Assembly (NCBI GenBank): GCA_942491115.1
Contig: CALNZV010000007.1
Coordinates: 194,605-258,604, forward strand
DNA from: an uncultured Desulfobacteraceae bacterium
GTDB taxonomy: Bacteria > Desulfobacterota > Desulfobacteria > Desulfobacterales > UBA5852
Length of the DNA: 64,000 nucleotides
Direction of reading: 5' to 3'
The position numbers were made by a program, and so were the translations under genes. Positions within the stretch are counted from its first letter, which is position 1; every line of letters begins with the position of its first letter. Shown in pieces: positions 48,203-59,755 of the stretch. Under the pieces are notes generated by a model that searched no databases, was not told the DNA's origin, and worked only from the letters and a program-made list of their open reading frames with translations.

Positions 48203-48850
48203 ATGATATTTAAAAAGGAGAAAGAGGTCATTGGGCAGATCAACAGCTTTCTGGATGAGTTGGAAAACTGCCTTCTGACTTCAGAGAAGACGATTCTGCT
48301 ATATCTTCAAGACAGTGTTAAAGAAGCCAAACGTCTGGCCCGGGAAGTTCGTAGAATGGAAACCCAAGCCGATGTGAGACGTTACGAAATCCGGGATAAC
48401 CTTTATCTGGGGGCTTATTTGCCTGGATTGCGTGAAGATATATATCACATCGTCGAGCGGATCGATAAAGTCGCCAATGCGGCTGAGGCATGCTGTAATT
48501 TTTTTCTAAATCAGAGGCCTTTGGTAATCGGCAATCTCAAGCCTCACTTTGCTTCCGTTACCCGGGAGGCATTCGGGGTGAGAACGCCTCTCAAGGACGC
48601 CGCACTGTATTTTTTCAACAGCGAATCTTCCATGGATGAGATTCGTCAATTTACCCAACAGGTATGCCTTGTTGAATCCGATGTGGATAAAAGCGAATGG
48701 GATCTCACCAAGCTCATCTTCACGTCGTCCCTGGATCGTGGCCATAAAATGCATCTAAAGCAATGCCTGGACAGCATTGTGGAAGTGTCTGACCGCGCTG
48801 AAGACGCCTCGGATCAGCTCGAATTGGCCGCCCTGAAATCGAAGGTATGA
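48203..48850 (+). CDS. DUF47 / PhoU-like phosphate-transport regulator (TIGR00153-type)
   Basis: Helical protein with E..AD..RR.I...L and VSD.AEDASD motifs. Usual partner of PiT genes. Confidence 0.8.
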   Translation: MIFKKEKEVIGQINSFLDELENCLLTSEKTILLYLQDSVKEAKRLAREVRRMETQADVRRYEIRDNLYLGAYLPGLREDIYHIVERIDKVANAAEACCNFFLNQRPLVIGNLKPHFASVTREAFGVRTPLKDAALYFFNSESSMDEIRQFTQQVCLVESDVDKSEWDLTKLIFTSSLDRGHKMHLKQCLDSIVEVSDRAEDASDQLELAALKSKV

Positions 48851-49006
48851 AAAAGGTATCATTCCCGGAACCTGAACTGCCAGGAAGAAAACGCCGAAAT
48901 GGCGTTTGGGTGACGACTGGATTTTCACGACCTGTCAATCGGTGGTGAATCCTTATTCACCACCCCACGGACGTCGAAAGGTGTTTATCTGCGGGAGCTG
49001 AGGGTC

Positions 49007-49996
49007 TCAGGCCCCGGCTCCCAGCGCCACCCCTCGTATCTCCTCCACCTCCGGCAGGACTCGGCTCCAGACGCCCCCTTCCAGAGGCCGCTCCCACAAT
49101 GCCCCGTTGGAGAGGATCACAAACAGACGCCCTTCCGAGAAGAAGAACCGGTCCACCATGTGCCGGGGCCATGGGGCATCCATGCTGTCGGAAAACGGAC
49201 GCCAATGGTTGCCCCCGTCGACGGTTCTCTCGATACGTCCCCCCCTCGACACACCGTCAGCGGGACCCGCGATGATGTGGTCGGGATCGGCGGGATCGAC
49301 CCAAACCGCCCGGACATAGTCGTCGTGCAGCCGAACCCATGATGCGCCGCCGTCCTTGGAGCGGTAAAGCCCCCCGCCGGTGGCAGCGGTGATCATCCCC
49401 GTGACCGGGTGGGCAGACAAGGAATGAACATCGGGATGAATCCCGGTGCCGAGATCCCGGTTCAGTTCCGGGTTTCCGTCGCTTCCGGGGACCAATGCCC
49501 AGGAGCCGCCTCCATCGGTCGAGGTCAGCACCCCCCCGACCTCCACGGCGGCGTAAAATCGATGGGGGCCGCCATGGCGACCAGCGCCGAAATCCCTGAC
49601 ACAACCGGCTGCCGGCGAGTAAGGCAGCTGCCAGCCGTGTTCGTTGCGAAGCCGGGAAACACCGGATGCCTCGTGCCACGTGGCCCCACGGTTCGTCGAC
49701 ACGTATATTCCCGCCGGCTCCGCGCCGGCCAGCACCGTTTCCCCAGGTCCGTCGACCCAGACCATCCACCGGACATGGGGAGTCGTGGTTCCGTCGGAGA
49801 CCGCCTGCCAGTGATTTCCGCCGTCGGTCGACCGCCAGATACCCTTCTCTCCCCCCGCCAGAATCGTCCCGTCGATCACGACCACGGTTTTTAGAGCCCG
49901 ATCTGAAAGGACATGCCGCCGAACTGTCCAACCGCCGTCCATCGGATCGGCAATGAAGAGTCCCGAGGCCGTTGCCAGATAGAGAACCAAGGCCAT
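49007..49996 (-). CDS. BNR/Ycf48-like beta-propeller protein
   Basis: Repeated S.DGG..W motifs ([40 protein letters not shown]). Start set at MALVLYL (49996). Confidence 0.7.
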   Translation of the reverse strand: MALVLYLATASGLFIADPMDGGWTVRRHVLSDRALKTVVVIDGTILAGGEKGIWRSTDGGNHWQAVSDGTTTPHVRWMVWVDGPGETVLAGAEPAGIYVSTNRGATWHEASGVSRLRNEHGWQLPYSPAAGCVRDFGAGRHGGPHRFYAAVEVGGVLTSTDGGGSWALVPGSDGNPELNRDLGTGIHPDVHSLSAHPVTGMITAATGGGLYRSKDGGASWVRLHDDYVRAVWVDPADPDHIIAGPADGVSRGGRIERTVDGGNHWRPFSDSMDAPWPRHMVDRFFFSEGRLFVILSNGALWERPLEGGVWSRVLPEVEEIRGVALGAGA

Positions 49997-50201
49997 TGTG
50001 CCCCCTCCCTTCGTCACTGGGGAATCCGCCGATGGCGTCACGACGACGCCTATTCGAATGGTAACGGTGAAACCGGTACCGTCAACGGCGATGGGGGCGA
50101 CCGTTCCCATCGGTCCTGGTTGCCAGAAGGCAGCCAACTGGGATATGGTAACCATCCGTTGTAAGGTTTTGATCTTAATAACGGTCACCGATGGAGGCCA
50201 C

Positions 50202-50798
50202 ATGAAACCGTCAACACGACTGTCGCCGCTTTGGATAACCGCCGTTGCCGCCCTCTGCCTGTCCGGCTGCGGATACAATCAGCTTCAGCAACTCGAAGAG
50301 GCCACGTTCAAAGCCTGGGCCGACGTGGAAGCCACTCTCCAGCGACGGACCGACCTCATTCCCAATCTGGTGGAAACCGTCAAGGGCTATGCCGCCCACG
50401 AGCGGGAAACCCTGGAGGGGGTGGTCGAAGCCAGGAAGAGGGCCGTCTCCGTACCGTTCTCCTCGAAGGACCTTTCCAATCCCGATGCCATGGCCTGGCT
50501 TCAGGCCGCCCAGGGAGAGCTGTCGTCGGCCCTGTCGCGTCTGATGGTGGTGGTGGAACGCTATCCGGACCTGAAGGCCAGCCACAATTTCCTCGACCTC
50601 CAGAATCAACTGGAAGGCACCGAAAACCGCATCGCCGTCGCCCGACAACGCTACAACCAGGCCGTTGAAGCCTTCAACGCCTCCATCCGAAAATTTCCCA
50701 ACAACCTGACCAACCGGTTTATCCTGAACCTTGACCGAAAAACCTATTTCAATGCCGACGGGGGACCCACCGCCGTTCCGACGGTCACCTTCCAATAG
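50202..50798 (+). CDS. lemA: LemA family protein
   Basis: Lipoprotein-like N-terminus (LCLSGCGYN), then [30 protein letters not shown]...RYPDLKA...[12 protein letters not shown]. Confidence 0.9.
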   Translation: MKPSTRLSPLWITAVAALCLSGCGYNQLQQLEEATFKAWADVEATLQRRTDLIPNLVETVKGYAAHERETLEGVVEARKRAVSVPFSSKDLSNPDAMAWLQAAQGELSSALSRLMVVVERYPDLKASHNFLDLQNQLEGTENRIAVARQRYNQAVEAFNASIRKFPNNLTNRFILNLDRKTYFNADGGPTAVPTVTFQ

Positions 50799-50808
50799 GA
50801 ACCCCACA

Positions 50809-51720
50809 GTGATCCTGGCTTGGCACAAGAGGATAAGGGGCGTCTGCACCTCTGCCCTCCTGGTGTGGGGGCTTGCCAGTGGTGCCGCAGATGCCTCCTT
50901 CTCCGTGCCGCCCCTCGAAGGCCGGGTTACCGATTCGGCCGGAATGCTGTCGTCGACCACGGTCCGACACCTGGATGCCGTTCTGGAGGCGCTCGAAAGG
51001 ACGGACGGCACCCAGATCGCGGTGGTGACGGTGCCCTCCCTTGACGGAGAAGCCCTCGAAGCGGCCTCCCTCCGGGTCGCGGAATCGTGGAAGATCGGTC
51101 AGCGAGGGCTCGACAACGGTGCCCTCCTCTTTATAACACGCAGTGACCGCAAGCTCCGGATTGAAGTGGGCTACGGCCTCGAGGGGCGTCTGACGGATCT
51201 GGTGGCCGGCCGCATCATTCGAAACGTGATCGTTCCGCGGTTCAGGGAGGGCCGATTCGATCAGGGAGTCATTGGCGGCGTGGAGGCCATGATCGCGGGC
51301 ATCAGGGGCGAGTATACGGCCGATGGCCCTTCCAAGTACCGTACCGGCAAACCCATTGCATTGGAGGCCGGAATCTTCTCCCTCATGGCGGCAGCGATCC
51401 TGGCGGGCGGCGTCGGACGAATCCGTTTGTTGCTTGGGGGGGTGCTGGGCGGGATTGCGCTGCCCCTGATCGTCCGCTTTTTCTTTGGGATCGCCTTTCC
51501 TGCCGTTCTTGCATTTGTCCCCATCGGCCTTGCAGGCGGCACGATCCTGTCGGCATTCGTCCGAAAACACGAAAAGAAGCGGTCGGACGCCGACCGGCGG
51601 CGGCGGTCCGTCTCCGGGCCTTTCTCGGATGGCTCAGGAGGAAGGGGCTTTTCATCCAGAGGCGGCTTCAGCGGAGGAGGAGGAGGCTTCGGCGGCGGCG
51701 GCGCCTCAGGGGGATGGTGA
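50809..51720 (+). CDS. TPM-domain (YgcG-like) membrane protein with Gly-rich tail
   Basis: VTDSAGMLS...LEALERTDGTQIAVVTVPSL...ALLFITRSDRKLRIEVGYGLEG, TM helices, C-terminal GGFSGGGGGFGGGGASGGW. A GTG start at 50809 is assumed. Confidence 0.8.
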   Translation: MILAWHKRIRGVCTSALLVWGLASGAADASFSVPPLEGRVTDSAGMLSSTTVRHLDAVLEALERTDGTQIAVVTVPSLDGEALEAASLRVAESWKIGQRGLDNGALLFITRSDRKLRIEVGYGLEGRLTDLVAGRIIRNVIVPRFREGRFDQGVIGGVEAMIAGIRGEYTADGPSKYRTGKPIALEAGIFSLMAAAILAGGVGRIRLLLGGVLGGIALPLIVRFFFGIAFPAVLAFVPIGLAGGTILSAFVRKHEKKRSDADRRRRSVSGPFSDGSGGRGFSSRGGFSGGGGGFGGGGASGGW

Positions 51721-52364
51721 CCGTGAAGGGGATTCTGACAGATGCCGACCAGGAAAAGCTGAGGGATGCCGTTCGGATGGCCGAGGCCCGGACCTCGGGG
51801 GAGATCGTCGTCATGGTGATCCCCGAGAGCGATCCTTATCCCGTGGCCGTTGTCACCGGCGCCGCCGTGGCATCCCTGGTCGCGGCCGCTGCCCTGACAC
51901 CGGTGGCGGGGGGCTTCTTCTGGATGGGTGAACAAAACATGTGGGTATTTCTGTCGCTTTTCATCGTTTTCTTTACCGGATTGCTCCCTCTGTTCATGGC
52001 CGCACCGGGCCTGAAACGGCTGTTTGTATCGAAACGGGAAATGACCGAGTCGATAAAAAAGGCGGCCATGGACCGCTTCTACCGTGAAAATATCCATGCC
52101 ACCCGGGAAGCCACCGGCGTTCTCGTTCTGGTGTCGGTCTTCGAGCGAAGGGTTCAGATTTTAGCCGATCGGGGCATCAACGATCGGGTGCCCTCCGACA
52201 CCTGGAACCGTCTGGTGGCAGACATCGTCTCCGGCATCAAATCCGGCGAGGCAGCGGCCGCTCTGTGCCAGGCCGTGGGCGGGATTGCCGATATCCTCGA
52301 ACGCCATTTTCCCTGTCCCCCGGACGATCGGGACGAACTGGAGAATCTCATCATCGAACCGTGA
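51714..52364 (+). CDS. TPM-domain (DUF477-like) membrane protein
   Basis: LRDAVRMAEARTSGEIVVMV..., two TM helices, GVLVLVSVFERRVQILADRGI. The start overlaps the upstream stop. Confidence 0.75.
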   Translation: MVTVKGILTDADQEKLRDAVRMAEARTSGEIVVMVIPESDPYPVAVVTGAAVASLVAAAALTPVAGGFFWMGEQNMWVFLSLFIVFFTGLLPLFMAAPGLKRLFVSKREMTESIKKAAMDRFYRENIHATREATGVLVLVSVFERRVQILADRGINDRVPSDTWNRLVADIVSGIKSGEAAAALCQAVGGIADILERHFPCPPDDRDELENLIIEP

Positions 52365-52621
52365 CCGGGACGGCCGGCAGCAAGGGTCCGAACGCGTCCG
52401 TCGGTTGACAAAACTGTCGCCAGCTTTTACACTTTGCCGTCGATTTTCGCCCTGTCTCCGGTTTTCTGCCTGATCGTTCCCATAGCGGCATGAACCGATA
52501 AGATAGCAGCCGACAGGCGTTTCCGGGGTGCCTCCGGAAACGGCCTCGCCCCCTACCGGGGTTGATTCGGTCCGGAAAGGCCGGCGCTACCCCGATCACC
52601 GACATCCGAGAGGCATCATCC

Positions 52622-53047
52622 ATGCAACCCGTTGATACCATTGGTGCACTGTCCCCCTGGGTTCCCGGCGTATTCAGTCTCGGGGTCTACACACTGGTGG
52701 TAGCGGCCCTCGTCGGCTTGCTGCTGGCGGCCTCTTCCTTCATCGGCAAGCGAAAGCCAACGGCAGAAAAGCTTCGCCCCTACGAATCCGGTATCATTCC
52801 AACGGGAACGGCCCGCCTCAAGTACCCGGTTCCGTTTTACCTGGTGGCCATCTTTTTTCTGATCTTCGATGTGGAGGGCGCTTTCATTTTCTCCTGGGCC
52901 ATCGCCGCTCGGGAGCTGGGCTGGGCAGGGTGGCTCCAGATCACCTTTTTCATTGCCGTACTGCTGCTGGGCCTCGCGTACATATGGGAAAAAGGGGGAC
53001 TTGAGTGGGGACCCACCCTGAAAAACGACCGGACAACCGGTTCCTGA
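52622..53047 (+). CDS. nuoA: NADH-quinone oxidoreductase subunit A
   Basis: YESGIIPTG...[22 protein letters not shown]. 141 aa. Confidence 0.9.
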   Translation: MQPVDTIGALSPWVPGVFSLGVYTLVVAALVGLLLAASSFIGKRKPTAEKLRPYESGIIPTGTARLKYPVPFYLVAIFFLIFDVEGAFIFSWAIAARELGWAGWLQITFFIAVLLLGLAYIWEKGGLEWGPTLKNDRTTGS

Positions 53048-55395
53048 GTACGACGGATTACCTGATCAACTGGTCCCGCCAGTACAGTCTATGGCCCATG
53101 TTTTTCGGGCTGTCATGCTGTTTTGTGGAAGAAGCCACCGCCCTGACGGCCCGCTACGACATGGCCCGTTTCGGGGCGGAAGTCATGCGCCCGTCTCCCC
53201 GCCAGGCCGACCTGCTCATCACCTCGGGAACGGTCTTCAAGAAAATCGCCCCGGTCGTCCTGCGCCTTTACGAACAGATGGCCGAACCGAAATGGGTCAT
53301 TTCCATGGGGTCCTGCTCCAACTGCGGGGGCATGTACGATGTCTACAGCGTGGTTCAAGGCATCGACCAGATTCTTCCGGTGGATGTCTACATTCCCGGC
53401 TGCCCCCCCCGGCCCGAAGCCGTGCTTCAGGGCCTCACCGTGCTCCAGAAGAAAATTATGAGCGAGGAGCGGCCGACCCGGAGCCTGTTCGGCCTTTCCG
53501 GAGGCACCCAGGGAACCGTCAGCCCCGTGCTGGTCGACGGTCAAACCAAGTCCCGGGATCCCCGGGGACCAGGGATGGAGAAAACCGCCATCCGGGGATC
53601 CGCCGTTACTCCGCCCTCGTTCACCGCCAGTCGAAGCGACCTCATGTGGTCGCCCCCGGCCCGACGGATCGAGGTTTCAGAAGCTGACGCCGGGATCCTG
53701 CAACAGCTTGTCGATCGTTTCGGAGACGCGGTCAAAGAGCCGTCAACCGTATCGGACATGCCCACCGTCGAGGTGGATCACCGCCGGGTCAAAGATGTGC
53801 TTCGGTTCCTCAAAACCGACGCCTCCACCCGATTCCGGCGACTGGAAGACCTGACGGGTATCGACGAATCCGCCCGCAAGGATCGCGATCGCTACCCGGA
53901 TTTCACCCTCGTCTATCACCTGCTTGCTTTCGAGCCGGCGACCCGGATGCGGGTAAAAGTGCCTCTATCGGGAACCCAACCGGTGGCGGAGAGCGTGACG
54001 GACCTTTGGCCGTCTGCCGCCTGGTACGAGCGGGAAGCCTTCGACCTGATGGGTATCGGTTTCGAGGGCCATCCCCATCTGAGACGACTCATCATGCCCC
54101 CCGACTGGGAGGGTCACCCCCTGAGGAAAAACCAGCCCGGGCGCGCCACGGATATGCCGCCATACACCACTGCCGACGCACAGGACAAGCAACCCTTGGA
54201 TGCCGGCGTCTACGTCACCTCGGCCGAGGGCCGCGAACAGCTCATCCTGAACGTGGGTCCCCACCACGTGAGTACCCACGGGCTCATGCGCTATATCGTC
54301 ACCCTGGACGGGGAGGAAATCACGAGCCTGGACATGGACATCGGCTACCATCACCGGGCAGTGGAAAAAATCGGCGAGCGGCAGCACTGGAACCAGTTCA
54401 TCCCTTACACGGACCGGGTGGATTACCTGGCCGGAGCCGCCAACAACCTGCCCTACGTCATGGCAGTGGAGACCCTTACGGGCATCGACGTGCCCGAACG
54501 GGCCCAGGTCATCCGGGTATTGTTGAGCGAGCTGTTCCGGCTCAGCAACCACTTGGTGTGGTTCGCCACCTACGCCCACGACCTTGGGGCCATGGGGCCC
54601 AACTTCTACACCTTCCGGGAGCGGGAGATGATTCTCGACATCGTCGAGATGATCACAGGGGGAAGGCTGCATCCGTCCTGGTTCCGTATCGGCGGCGTGG
54701 CGGCGGATCTGCCCGACGGGTGGAAGGAGGCCGTGGATCAGTTTGTAGGCATCTTTCCCAGCCGACTGGCAGAATACGAATCCCTGATCCGGAACAACCC
54801 GATCTTCAAGGCGAGGACCATCGGCATTGGAACGCTTTCCCTGGACGACGCCATCGATTGGGGCGTCACCGGACCCAACCTGAGGGCCTGCGGCCTTTCC
54901 TGGGATCTCAGGAAGGCATTCCCCTATTCGGGATACGACCAATTCGATTTCGAGGTGCCCACCGCCGCCGAAGGGGACTGTTACGCCCGCTATCTCGTTC
55001 GTGTAGAGGAGATGCGCCAAAGCCTGTCCATCATCCGGCAGGCAGCCTCGCTAATGCCAGGGGGGCGGGTGAAGACGTCGGATTACCGCTATGTGGTGCC
55101 CGATCGGAAAGATATGTTAAACGACATCGAAAGCCTCATCCACCACTTCATCAACGTCACCCGGGGACCGAAGATCCCCCGGGGTGAGGCCTATGCCTCC
55201 TGCGAGATCCCCAGGGGTGAGCAGGGCTACTATGTGGTGAGCGACGGCCAGGGCTATGCCTATCGGATGCGGGTACGGGGGCCGGGGTTTGCCAACGTCC
55301 AGGTCATGCCCCTGGTGGCCGTCGGCGAAACCATTGCGGACCTGATCACCATTATCGGGTCATGGGACTACATCATGCCGGATATCGACCGATAG
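53005..55395 (+). CDS. nuoBCD: Fused NADH-quinone oxidoreductase subunits B, C and D
   Basis: NuoB: [32 protein letters not shown]. NuoC: [17 protein letters not shown]. NuoD: [13 protein letters not shown]...[11 protein letters not shown]...YIMPDIDR. All in one 796-aa frame. The GTG start at 53005 overlaps nuoA by 43 nt. Confidence 0.92.
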   Translation: MGTHPEKRPDNRFLSTTDYLINWSRQYSLWPMFFGLSCCFVEEATALTARYDMARFGAEVMRPSPRQADLLITSGTVFKKIAPVVLRLYEQMAEPKWVISMGSCSNCGGMYDVYSVVQGIDQILPVDVYIPGCPPRPEAVLQGLTVLQKKIMSEERPTRSLFGLSGGTQGTVSPVLVDGQTKSRDPRGPGMEKTAIRGSAVTPPSFTASRSDLMWSPPARRIEVSEADAGILQQLVDRFGDAVKEPSTVSDMPTVEVDHRRVKDVLRFLKTDASTRFRRLEDLTGIDESARKDRDRYPDFTLVYHLLAFEPATRMRVKVPLSGTQPVAESVTDLWPSAAWYEREAFDLMGIGFEGHPHLRRLIMPPDWEGHPLRKNQPGRATDMPPYTTADAQDKQPLDAGVYVTSAEGREQLILNVGPHHVSTHGLMRYIVTLDGEEITSLDMDIGYHHRAVEKIGERQHWNQFIPYTDRVDYLAGAANNLPYVMAVETLTGIDVPERAQVIRVLLSELFRLSNHLVWFATYAHDLGAMGPNFYTFREREMILDIVEMITGGRLHPSWFRIGGVAADLPDGWKEAVDQFVGIFPSRLAEYESLIRNNPIFKARTIGIGTLSLDDAIDWGVTGPNLRACGLSWDLRKAFPYSGYDQFDFEVPTAAEGDCYARYLVRVEEMRQSLSIIRQAASLMPGGRVKTSDYRYVVPDRKDMLNDIESLIHHFINVTRGPKIPRGEAYASCEIPRGEQGYYVVSDGQGYAYRMRVRGPGFANVQVMPLVAVGETIADLITIIGSWDYIMPDIDR

Positions 55396-55397
55396 CC

Positions 55398-55901
55398 ATG
55401 CTGCCGAAGCCCCTCAAAGCATCTCTCACCGACCGGGTGAATGCCGCAGAGCATCCCAAGGAATTGATCGTGGACGTCCTCTTCGCGGTCCAGGATCATT
55501 TCGGATACCTGTCCGATGAGGCCATGGCCGAAGCGGCCGCCATCATGGAAATGACGACCCTGGAACTGGAGGAGATTGCCACCTTTTACACCTTCCTCTT
55601 CCGGGATCCCCTGGGGCGCTATGTGATACATGTCTGCGACAGCGTCGTCTGCTGGATGGACGGAAGCGAGTCTCTTCGGGATCACCTGTGCGCAACCCTG
55701 GGCATCGAACTCGGCGGCACCACCCCCGACAGATTGTTCACCGTGCTGCCGGTCTGCTGCATCGGCTACTGCGACCGGTCGCCGGCCATGCTGATCAACA
55801 AAAAGGTTTACGGTCACCTGACGCCGGAGAAGATCGAGGGCATTTTGGAACGGCTTCGCGCCGAGGCCCACGAAAAGAGCGGGGAATCGCCGCCGACGTG
55901 A
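55398..55901 (+). CDS. nuoE: NADH-quinone oxidoreductase subunit E
   Basis: Thioredoxin-like 2Fe-2S pattern VCDSVVCWM...VLPVCCIGYCDRSPAM. Confidence 0.9.
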   Translation: MLPKPLKASLTDRVNAAEHPKELIVDVLFAVQDHFGYLSDEAMAEAAAIMEMTTLELEEIATFYTFLFRDPLGRYVIHVCDSVVCWMDGSESLRDHLCATLGIELGGTTPDRLFTVLPVCCIGYCDRSPAMLINKKVYGHLTPEKIEGILERLRAEAHEKSGESPPT

Positions 55902-55951
55902 CGGCCGGCACCCCCCTGAATCGAAACGGGACATCAACCACTGGACAGGGA

Positions 55952-57229
55952 ATGGGCTACCCCCAGGTACTGCTGAAGAATCGACAACCCGACCGTATCG
56001 CCACTCTGGAGGAATACCGGGCAAGCGGCGGCTATCAAGCCCTCGAAACGACCCTGGCCCGCCAGAGCCGCCAAGAGGTTCGGGAGAAGATCCAGGAAGC
56101 CGTTCTTCTCGGCCGGGGGGGGGCGGCCTTTCCCATGGGAATCAAGCTTCAGACCGTTGCCGAGGACGCCCCCCACCCCCGGTATCTGGTATGCAACGCC
56201 GACGAGATGGAACCCGGCACCTTCAAGGACCGGGTGCTCATCCATGCGGACCCCCACATGCTTATCGAAGGGATGGCCCTGGCCGGATACGCCGTCCTCG
56301 CCTCCAAGGGCATCATCTTCGTCCGTCCGGAATATGAAAACGCCGCCCGCATCCTGGAGAGAGAAATCTCGGTGGCGAAGGATGCGGGATACCTCGGGGA
56401 CAACATCCTGGGAAGCGGATATTCCATCGACATCGATGTCCACCGCAGTGCCGGCAGATACATCTGCGGCGAAGTCACGGCTCAGCTGAACGCCCTCATG
56501 GGCCGGCGCCCTAACCCCCAGCAGCCGCCACCCTACCCCACGGAGAAAGGACTCTGGGGCCAGCCGACGGTCCTCCAGAACGTGGAGACCCTGGCCAACG
56601 TGCCCCACATCGTCCGAAACGGGGCCGAGTGGTTCAAAGACCTGGCCCTGACCGACACCGGGGCCGGCACCAAGCTGTTCTGCATCAGCGGCAAGGTCAA
56701 TCGCCCGGGGTGCGTCGAGTTGCCCCTTGGGGTTCGACTGAGCGAGATCATCGAGGACCATGGGGGAGGGATGAAAAACGGGGCGGCGTTCAAGGCCTGT
56801 CTTCCCGGCGGCGCCTCCACAAGCTTCATGCCCCGGGAATATTACCACATCAAGATGGACTTCGAGAGCCTGAAGAAAGAAGGCCATCGACTCGGCACCG
56901 GTGCCATCATGGTGTTCGACGAGAACACCTGTCTGGTAGCCGCCACCGTCAACCTGATGGAATTCTTTGCCCGAGAATCCTGCGGTTGGTGCACCCCCTG
57001 CCGGGAGGGGCTGCCCTACATCAAAGACATTCTCACCCGCATCGAGAACGGTGACGGCAGGGAAGAGCATATCCCGATGCTGCAGCGCATGAGTCAGCAC
57101 CTGTGGAAGGCCTACTGCGCTTTTGCTCCGGGGGCCTCGTCACCACTGACAGGACTTCTCAAATACTTCGAGGACGAGATCCGGGAGCATATCTCCCAGA
57201 AGAAATGTCCCTTTAAGGCGTCATCTTGA
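55952..57229 (+). CDS. nuoF: NADH-quinone oxidoreductase subunit F
   Basis: GRGGAAFPMG (FMN site), NADEMEPGTFKDR, ESCGWCTPCREG (4Fe-4S). Confidence 0.93.
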   Translation: MGYPQVLLKNRQPDRIATLEEYRASGGYQALETTLARQSRQEVREKIQEAVLLGRGGAAFPMGIKLQTVAEDAPHPRYLVCNADEMEPGTFKDRVLIHADPHMLIEGMALAGYAVLASKGIIFVRPEYENAARILEREISVAKDAGYLGDNILGSGYSIDIDVHRSAGRYICGEVTAQLNALMGRRPNPQQPPPYPTEKGLWGQPTVLQNVETLANVPHIVRNGAEWFKDLALTDTGAGTKLFCISGKVNRPGCVELPLGVRLSEIIEDHGGGMKNGAAFKACLPGGASTSFMPREYYHIKMDFESLKKEGHRLGTGAIMVFDENTCLVAATVNLMEFFARESCGWCTPCREGLPYIKDILTRIENGDGREEHIPMLQRMSQHLWKAYCAFAPGASSPLTGLLKYFEDEIREHISQKKCPFKASS

Positions 57230-57231
57230 CC

Positions 57232-59724
57232 ATGCCCACTCTGACCATCGACAACAGGACGATCAGCGTCCCCGACGGCACGAAAGTCATCGACGCCGCC
57301 GAAAGACTGGGAATCATGATTCCCCGGTTCTGCTACCATCCCGCCCTTGGATCGGTGGGTGCCTGCCGGGTGTGCGCGGTCAAGGTGGTGGAGGGCGCCC
57401 TCAAGGGAATCCAGATGAGCTGTATGCTGGATGCCGAAAATGGAATGGTGATATCCACCGATGATCCGGAAGCCATGGATTTCCGCCGCCATGTCATCGA
57501 ATGGCTCATGGTGAACCACCCCCACGACTGCCCGGTTTGTGACGAAGGGGGGCATTGTCTCCTCCAGGACATGACGGTATCCGGGGGGCATGGGATTCGG
57601 CGATATGCCGGTCTGAAGCGGACCTATCCGGATCAGGATCTCGGCCCTCTGGTTCAGCACGAGATGAATCGCTGCATCCACTGCTACCGATGCTCGCGCT
57701 TCTACCAGGAGGTGACGGGCTACCGAGACCTCGGGGTCATGCAAAACGCCAATCGGATCTTCTTCGGCCGTTACGAGGAAGGCATCCTGGAAAGCCCGTT
57801 CGCCGGCAATCTAAGCGATATCTGCCCCACGGGCGTCTACACGGATAAGCCCTCCCGGTACAAAGGCCGCCGGTGGGACTTCCAGCGCTCCAATACCCTT
57901 TGCATTCACTGCTCCATGGGCTGCCATACCACCACCAGCGCCCGGTATCGGGAGGTGGTTCGTCAGGAAGCCCGCCGAAGCGACATTGTCAACGGATGGT
58001 TTATCTGCGATCGGGGTCGCTTTGGCTTTGCCTATGCCAGCGCCGACGACAGGCCCCGGGAGGGGAAGGTCGACGGTGGGAAGACCTCCTGGGAGGGCAG
58101 CATCCGGGCCGTCGCCGAACGGATCGATCGGGCATCCCGCCAACAGGGGGCCGACGCAATCGCCACAGTGGGCTCTCTGCGAAACAGCCTCGAGACCATG
58201 GCCATGCTGAGCCGCCTGTCCGCCATCAGGGGATGGCGGTCGCCGGTGTTCTGGATGAACCGGGAGTCGGCCGTTGCCACCGGCGCTGCGGTCTCCCGCC
58301 TGGAACAACCGATATCGGTAGCCCTTGGCGATATCGCCGACGCCGATGTCATTGTGCTGGTGGGAGCCGATCCTCTGAACGAATCGCCCATGCTGGCGCT
58401 TCACCTGCGGCAGGCCCGGAGACGAGGCGCCCGCATCTTCGCTCTGGATCCCCGGCCCATCGCCCTTCCTTTCGATGTCGACCACCTCCCGATCCCGCCG
58501 GCTCACCTGATGACGGTATTCGAGGCGTTAGTCAAAGCCGCCGTTGATTCCGATGCGGTTCGACAGGGGAGACTCGGTCAGGACCGCTACGACGCCCTCC
58601 GGACATTCAGGGGGAGTCCCCGGGAATCGACCGCTTGGATCGACGCAGCGGCGGGCGCCCTGTCCGGCAGTGAGCGCCCTGTCATCGTCTGTGGAACCGA
58701 CATGGGCGGCCCCGGCATCCAGCACCTGGCTGCGGACGCCGCCCTGTGGCTTCGGGCCGTGGGTAAAACCGCCGGTGTATTCTACATCATGGACGGCCCC
58801 AATGCCCCAGGCGCTGTTTTGATGGACAAGTCCCTGGAGGACATGACCTCTCTGATCGACGCCATCGACTCCGGATCCGTCACCACCCTAATTGCTGTCG
58901 AAAGCGACCCCCTGGGCCGCTATCCCGACAGGGACAGGGTTGCGAACGCCCTGAATCGTCTGGATCTGCTGGTCGTTCTCGACCATGTGCCCACGGCCAC
59001 CGGTGAAAAGGCTCACATTTTTCTGCCCACTGCCACCCTTTTCGAGGCGGGGGGCTGCTTCATGAATCAGGAGGCGCGTCTTCAGTCTTCCGACATCGCC
59101 CTTGAGGTCGGTACACCCATCCGGATCACCGGCGACGGCGACCACCCGCCCCGCCGATATGATACCGGCATCCCCGGCGCCGATATCAAGCCCGCATGGC
59201 AGACCTTGGCGATGATTGCCGATCGTGACGAACTGCCGGACAGCACGACGGTGCGTGAAACCATATGGAAGTGGATCGCCGGCACCCAGCCCCCTTTCGC
59301 CCATATTGTCCCGGCCGACGGCATCCCCCATGAGGGCATCGCCGTAACCCCAACGGCCGTCGATCAGCACCGTTTTCAACCGACCGTGACCGATCGGCCG
59401 CCGGCCACACCCGGGGATTTCGATCTCATCCTGACCGAGTGCACCTTCGGGACCGAGCCTCTCTCTTCTCTCTCCCCCCATCTCCAGCAGGTGGAAACGG
59501 CCCCCGCCTTAGCCATCAACCCGACCGATGCCGACCGGTTGGGCCTGACGGAGGGTGATACGGTGGAACTGACGGGTGGTTCCGGCTCTGTCCGGCTGCC
59601 CGTTGTCGTCAACAACAAAACGGCGGAAGGCGTTCTGGTGATGCCACGGCACCACCGGATCGACTGGCAGGTTTTCGGCCCCGGGCCCATTCGGATGCCG
59701 GCAGACCGGATACGGAAGGCATGA
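57232..59724 (+). CDS. nuoG: NADH-quinone oxidoreductase subunit G
   Basis: N-terminal 2Fe-2S CRVCAV, HPHDCPVCDEGGHCLLQD, CIHCYRCSRF, then a molybdopterin-oxidoreductase-like body. Confidence 0.93.
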   Translation: MPTLTIDNRTISVPDGTKVIDAAERLGIMIPRFCYHPALGSVGACRVCAVKVVEGALKGIQMSCMLDAENGMVISTDDPEAMDFRRHVIEWLMVNHPHDCPVCDEGGHCLLQDMTVSGGHGIRRYAGLKRTYPDQDLGPLVQHEMNRCIHCYRCSRFYQEVTGYRDLGVMQNANRIFFGRYEEGILESPFAGNLSDICPTGVYTDKPSRYKGRRWDFQRSNTLCIHCSMGCHTTTSARYREVVRQEARRSDIVNGWFICDRGRFGFAYASADDRPREGKVDGGKTSWEGSIRAVAERIDRASRQQGADAIATVGSLRNSLETMAMLSRLSAIRGWRSPVFWMNRESAVATGAAVSRLEQPISVALGDIADADVIVLVGADPLNESPMLALHLRQARRRGARIFALDPRPIALPFDVDHLPIPPAHLMTVFEALVKAAVDSDAVRQGRLGQDRYDALRTFRGSPRESTAWIDAAAGALSGSERPVIVCGTDMGGPGIQHLAADAALWLRAVGKTAGVFYIMDGPNAPGAVLMDKSLEDMTSLIDAIDSGSVTTLIAVESDPLGRYPDRDRVANALNRLDLLVVLDHVPTATGEKAHIFLPTATLFEAGGCFMNQEARLQSSDIALEVGTPIRITGDGDHPPRRYDTGIPGADIKPAWQTLAMIADRDELPDSTTVRETIWKWIAGTQPPFAHIVPADGIPHEGIAVTPTAVDQHRFQPTVTDRPPATPGDFDLILTECTFGTEPLSSLSPHLQQVETAPALAINPTDADRLGLTEGDTVELTGGSGSVRLPVVVNNKTAEGVLVMPRHHRIDWQVFGPGPIRMPADRIRKA

Positions 59725-59755
59725 CGGCCGTTATTAAAGGAATCGAAACCCGACC

